Source: an uncultured Erysipelotrichaceae bacterium
GTDB lineage: Bacteria > Bacillota_I > Bacilli_A > RF39 > UBA660
Direction of reading: 5' to 3'
Length of the DNA stretch: 61,170 bases
NCBI GenBank assembly: GCA_902801685.1
Contig: CADCIZ010000003.1
Location: 1-61,170 of the forward strand
This document shows positions 57,263 to 61,170 of this stretch, piece after piece; within the stretch, counting starts at the first letter, position 1; each line of letters begins with the position of its first letter. The notes under the pieces are model-generated. The model was not told where the DNA came from, ran no database searches, and saw only the letters and a list, made by a program, of their open reading frames with translations. The position numbers and the translations under genes are program-made.

Positions 57263-58012
57263 TTATTTTAATAATTTTTCAAATGCATTAGCATTCAATA
57301 TTGTGTTTGAAATAAATTTTCCTTTATAAAAGTTAGCCCAATTATTAAACACACATGGTGCATTTTTAGCTTTTTCTAATGAATCTATTTTTACAAAATT
57401 TAATTTGATACCTTTATCTTTTGCATAATCAGATAATTCTTTTACTTCATATTCTACATAAGGGCATTCATTTGAATAGTAAATAGTGAAATCTTGACTA
57501 TCTATTTCCATCTTTCTAGCACTATCACTAAACTTAGGTGTTTCTTTATCATCAAATTGTAATGCCATTAATTCATAATCATTAATTGTATCTACTACTT
57601 TAAATCCATAGTGTTCAAAGAACTTCTTATCTCCAATAAATGGTTTCTTCTTTTGTGATACTAATGTACATACACCACTCATTTTTTTATTTTTTGCATC
57701 TTCAATAGCATATTCTAATAATTCTTTACCAATACCCTTTCCTTTAAAGCTACCTGCTACCCATAAGCAATAAATATGCATATAATTTTTACCGTTAATA
57801 GGAACCCAAGCCGTTTCTATTGGTTCATATTCAATAAAAATTTTACCTCTTGCATTTAGCTTTCTAAATACGTGTCCATCCTTTAATTTACTTTTAATCC
57901 ATTCTTTCTTTTTATCTACACCATCTTGATGTTTAGGATCTCCTATAGCACAACAAATATGCTCTTCATCAATATTCTTTTCATCTAAATTAATGTACTC
58001 ATTCATACTCAC
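57263..58012 (-). CDS. GNAT N-acetyltransferase with YoaP-like C-terminal domain
   Basis: CCAIGDPKH...W, the acetyl-CoA motif KGKGIGKELLEYAI, and a C-terminal CPY...E YoaP-like part. Confidence 0.8.
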   Translation of the reverse strand: MSMNEYINLDEKNIDEEHICCAIGDPKHQDGVDKKKEWIKSKLKDGHVFRKLNARGKIFIEYEPIETAWVPINGKNYMHIYCLWVAGSFKGKGIGKELLEYAIEDAKNKKMSGVCTLVSQKKKPFIGDKKFFEHYGFKVVDTINDYELMALQFDDKETPKFSDSARKMEIDSQDFTIYYSNECPYVEYEVKELSDYAKDKGIKLNFVKIDSLEKAKNAPCVFNNWANFYKGKFISNTILNANAFEKLLK

Positions 58013-58216
58013 ACCTCTATATTCATTATATCACAAATTTTTACTATTTTTTCACTTACTTGTTTGTTCGGAATATTACTATTTTACGAATTATATATTC
58101 CCTTATTTTACCTTTTAAAAATATGATGATCTAAAACTGATCTAAAGCCTTTCTTTGAATAATTTTTAAGGAAAGAAAAACTCGTGTTTTCCCTTTATTT
58201 ATCGGGCTTTACGAGA

Positions 58217-58372
58217 TTATTTACCACAACATTGATTATATTTTTTACCACTGCCACATGGCTTTTGGTATTTGGGATTTTGGGAACTTTTGGGAACACT
58301 TGGCTCGTTAATTCGGCGTTTGGTTGCACCCCAGAGCACTCCGTAGCACTCGGCAAACCTAGCAGAACTTAT
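58217..58372 (-). pseudogene. start-less SEC-C-motif gene tail (copy 3) plus terminator
   Basis: 51 codons after an in-frame TAG, ending ..KPCGSGKKYNQCCGK*. No ATG. The downstream hairpin is similar to that of copy 1. Confidence 0.6.
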
Positions 58373-58501
58373 CTAAAAACTTATCTAAAAAATTATATTC
58401 CTGCTATTGCCATTCCTACTTCACAAAGTAAATCACTATTATATATTTTATTAAATCCCACTAAATCAATTCGTTTAAGTTGACCATACATATTATTTAA
58501 G

Positions 58502-59386
58502 TTATTTTTGTATACATATTCTAATATGCTCTTTATTTGTAAATGTCAATACTAAAATGTACAAAAATGGGAATATAACTATGTACAAAAATGGGAATAT
58601 TATCAAATTGGCATAATAGGTCAAGAAAGGCCTATTAGTATCGTCACTAAGTTCTATTAAATCTTTAGTTCTATATGATTTACCTGTTATATTAAATACG
58701 TGACAGTGATGTAGTAGTCTATCTAATATTGCATTAGCTAATATTGGATCGCCAAATAGTTCAGACCATTTACCAAATGGAATATTAGAAGTAACTATTA
58801 TTGATTTCTTTTCATACCTTCTGTTAATAAGTTGGAAAAGCATATTAGCTCCATCTTTATCAATTGGTAAAAACCCCATCTCATCAATTATTAATATTTT
58901 ATATTTGTTATAGAATTTCAATCTGTCTTCTAGTCTGTTCTCACTGTGAGCCTTCTTTAAATTGTTTATTAAGTCATTACAATTAATGAAGTAAGTAATT
59001 TGCCTGTTTCTAGCTGCTTCTATTCCTATGGCAGTTGCCAGATGTGTTTTACCCACACCTGGACTACCAATAAATAGTATATTTTCCTTATTTTCCAAAA
59101 ATCTTAAATTTTTAAATTCTATTATTTTATCTTTATTTATAGATGGTTGAAATGAAAAGTCATAATCATCTAATGTTTTTATGTAAGGAAAATTAGCAAC
59201 TTTAACGCAACCTTGCATAGCCTTTTCTTCCTTCATATTTATCTCATCTGTAGTTAGTTCATACAAAGCTTGTACAACATCTATCTTCTTATCATTTATT
59301 AAGTTAAGATAATCATTAATATTTTCTTTAGTTTTAAGTAGTTGTAACTTTTCTAGGTTATTTAATAGTTTATTATAATTACTCAT
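58502..59386 (-). CDS. istB: IS21 helper ATPase IstB
   Basis: GSPGVGKTHLA Walker A, LIIDEMG Walker B, and RLLHHCHV. The reading frame runs through the IS terminal repeats and stops 36 nt outside the element. Confidence 0.85.
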   Translation of the reverse strand: MSNYNKLLNNLEKLQLLKTKENINDYLNLINDKKIDVVQALYELTTDEINMKEEKAMQGCVKVANFPYIKTLDDYDFSFQPSINKDKIIEFKNLRFLENKENILFIGSPGVGKTHLATAIGIEAARNRQITYFINCNDLINNLKKAHSENRLEDRLKFYNKYKILIIDEMGFLPIDKDGANMLFQLINRRYEKKSIIVTSNIPFGKWSELFGDPILANAILDRLLHHCHVFNITGKSYRTKDLIELSDDTNRPFLTYYANLIIFPFLYIVIFPFLYILVLTFTNKEHIRICIQK

Positions 59387-59633
59387 TTTTATAAGCACCC
59401 ACTTTATTAACGCAATCATTTACTTCTTTTATAAAATCAACCATTAAATTATTGAATATATGAGTTAAAATAATTGTTGATTCTTTATACTTAGAATCAG
59501 TATATAAAACATTATTACATAAGCTTTTATTAAAATCTATAAATATCTTTTCTTTGTTAAGTTTTTTCATTTTTCTTCTTTCTATTTCATTTATAAACAT
59601 TGTTGCGAAATCTATTTTTTTGTTATCTTCCAT
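59379..59633 (-). CDS. hypothetical small protein inside the IS21 element
   Basis: 84-aa ORF between istA and istB. Its stop overlaps the istB start. Confidence 0.45.
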   Translation of the reverse strand: MEDNKKIDFATMFINEIERRKMKKLNKEKIFIDFNKSLCNNVLYTDSKYKESTIILTHIFNNLMVDFIKEVNDCVNKVGAYKNE

Positions 59634-59843
59634 TGTTAAAATCTCCTTCCATACATTCTAATTCTATTATCAATTCAGATACAATCTCATCAATCATACA
59701 TATTCTATTAATATTGATTCGTAATCTTTCATTACAAGCGAGTGTTTGACAATCATCCAAATAGTCATATACTTGTTCAATTTTTTTCTCTACTTTTTTA
59801 AGTTTTTAATTATATATTTTTTATTCATTTGAATTCCTTCCTT

Positions 59844-61046
59844 CTATTTTGTTAATCTATCAAATAATTTTAAATTATCTATCGCAATACTTTCTATTTC
59901 ATCATCACTCTTATATGGCATAGTTGCCTTTAAGCATTCAATATAATCATTTGTACTGTACTGAATCTTTTTATCTGAAATATTATGAGTTGCGATTAAT
60001 TCCGTGTTATAATAAATCAGAAGTTTATTATCATTCTCTTGTAGTTTAACAGTTTGATTAATATACTTTATTGAAACAGAATATTTTGTGCCTTTATAGT
60101 AAACAAGACTTTCATTTGATACTTTGGCCGGTATCATATTACTAATATAATGATCAATTATGTCTTGCCTAGGTAGAGGTTTTAAATATTCTTTTTCTAT
60201 TTCAAAGAGAGTTATTGGTGGCATATTCGTAGTTGAATTTATTTCAGTATTTATCTTATCATTAAGTCTACTCATAATATCCATCAACTCTTCAACATTA
60301 TCAAACTCATTATCATATGGTAATATCCAACTTACAAACTTATTACAATTTTCAACTTTCCCTTTCGTTTGACAACGTCTAACTCTACATTTTTTAGGAG
60401 TAGTATCCATGTCCTTACAGAAAGCTTTAAATTCACTTACAAACTCATGTTCTGAATAATTAACTATACTTGACATATTATCAGTAAGTATTGTCTCAGG
60501 TACACCTCCAATCTTTTTAAATGAGTTAATAAGACACCTTTCAACAGTTTCTCTAGTCATAAACTCAGTAACTTCATATGTATGCATTCTTGAAGCACTC
60601 AATGTAGCCGAGAATACATAAAATACAACTTCATCTCCATTTCTATTATGCAAAGTTATTGGCCCTTTCCAGTCAAACTGTAATTGCTTGCCATAATCTG
60701 TTTCGTACCTTGGATGAACATCTTGTTTTTTAGGAATAAGTATATCTTTATATTTACAAACATACTTTCTAAAGTTGGAATATGAACCAATATTATCATC
60801 AATATTCATAATAATATACTCATATACTGCCTTCTTATTTACTCCAGGAATATTTAATTTTGTTTTAATCAAATCTTGATGCTTATCTAACTTAGATTCT
60901 TTTTTTCTTTTCGTTTTATTAGTTATTCCTAAATACTTCTTTTTAGCAGTTCTTCGATCAAGACCATACTGACGACCAAGTGCCGAAAAGTTAGGCTTAA
61001 GATTAGCTGTTTCCAAACATGTAATCGCTCCTTTCAAATTTCCCAT
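59844..61046 (-). CDS. istA: IS21-family transposase IstA
   Basis: N-terminal HTH and a DDE/rve-type core (..QFDWKG...., TDNMS..), 400 aa. RBS GGAGGTG. Confidence 0.88.
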   Translation of the reverse strand: MGNLKGAITCLETANLKPNFSALGRQYGLDRRTAKKKYLGITNKTKRKKESKLDKHQDLIKTKLNIPGVNKKAVYEYIIMNIDDNIGSYSNFRKYVCKYKDILIPKKQDVHPRYETDYGKQLQFDWKGPITLHNRNGDEVVFYVFSATLSASRMHTYEVTEFMTRETVERCLINSFKKIGGVPETILTDNMSSIVNYSEHEFVSEFKAFCKDMDTTPKKCRVRRCQTKGKVENCNKFVSWILPYDNEFDNVEELMDIMSRLNDKINTEINSTTNMPPITLFEIEKEYLKPLPRQDIIDHYISNMIPAKVSNESLVYYKGTKYSVSIKYINQTVKLQENDNKLLIYYNTELIATHNISDKKIQYSTNDYIECLKATMPYKSDDEIESIAIDNLKLFDRLTK

Positions 61047-61170
61047 TTGTTATCACCTCCAATTCCGTAATTAGAGTATAACAAAAGAATGTACTTTAGG
61101 GTTAATTTTATGTACAATTTTGTACATTCTTATTTTCCCTTTTTCGTACATTCTTATAGTATCATTTACA

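Larger units (their letters stand above)
58538..61170 (-). mobile_element. IS21-family insertion sequence (its outer end coincides with the window end)
   Basis: Ends are TGTAAATG.. (58538) and ..CATTTACA (61170). Subterminal direct repeats ATGTACAAAAATGGGAATA x2 (58557..58575, 58581..58599), with related ATGTAC(G/A)AAAA repeats at the other end. Carries istA and istB. Confidence 0.85.

Noticed and set aside
55983-58483. Plus-strand ORFs 55983..56177, 56561..56827 and 58184..58483 (each containing ..LPQHCLYFLPLPQG..-like peptides).
   Set aside because: They are the antisense reading of the conserved SEC-C motif (PCGSGKKYKQCCGK) and its terminator. They have no RBS. The conservation pattern (synonymous on the minus strand) supports the minus-strand frame.

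Overview
Very AT-rich chromosomal segment (by eye well under 30% GC, not computed) from an endospore-forming Firmicute of the Clostridia or Erysipelotrichia type. About 90% of the genes lie on the minus strand.

Core content:
- rubrerythrin, dapA, an LCP-family protein and an HD/dGTPase-like hydrolase
- a ClpB that lacks the N-domain and sits behind a CIRCE-like operator
- a degenerate ecfA-like pair followed by truA
- a GerA-type germinant receptor operon in A-C-B order
- dacB-spmA-spmB, cwlD and rplM-rpsI, with Bacillus-like synteny
- pseudouridine synthases, a ferredoxin and a NifU-like protein
- a five-gene tRNA operon (Val-Thr-Tyr-Gln-Lys)

Accessory or unusual content:
1. tRNA-Thr(UGU) is split by a 624-nt group-I-like intron that carries an HNH endonuclease ORF.
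2. A small integrase-less islet lies next to tRNA-Lys. It is bounded by a duplicated tRNA 3' half and holds two copies of a candidate type I toxin-antitoxin module: a 30-aa hydrophobic peptide with a convergent antisense promoter.
3. Two adhesin-sortase loci have non-canonical xPDT[F/A] sorting signals.
4. A 957-aa N-anchored repeat protein carries cysteine-rich modules that are shared with the LCP protein.
5. A cassette patch (WYL regulator plus double-SIS-like gene, an NDT-like gene, TfoX-N, GNAT/YoaP) is punctuated by three truncated SEC-C-motif gene tails.
6. There is a decayed ISAs1-family element, and an IS21-family element whose outer end coincides with the window end.

No rRNA genes or CRISPR arrays were seen. 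All functional calls rest on motif recognition by eye; no database search was run.
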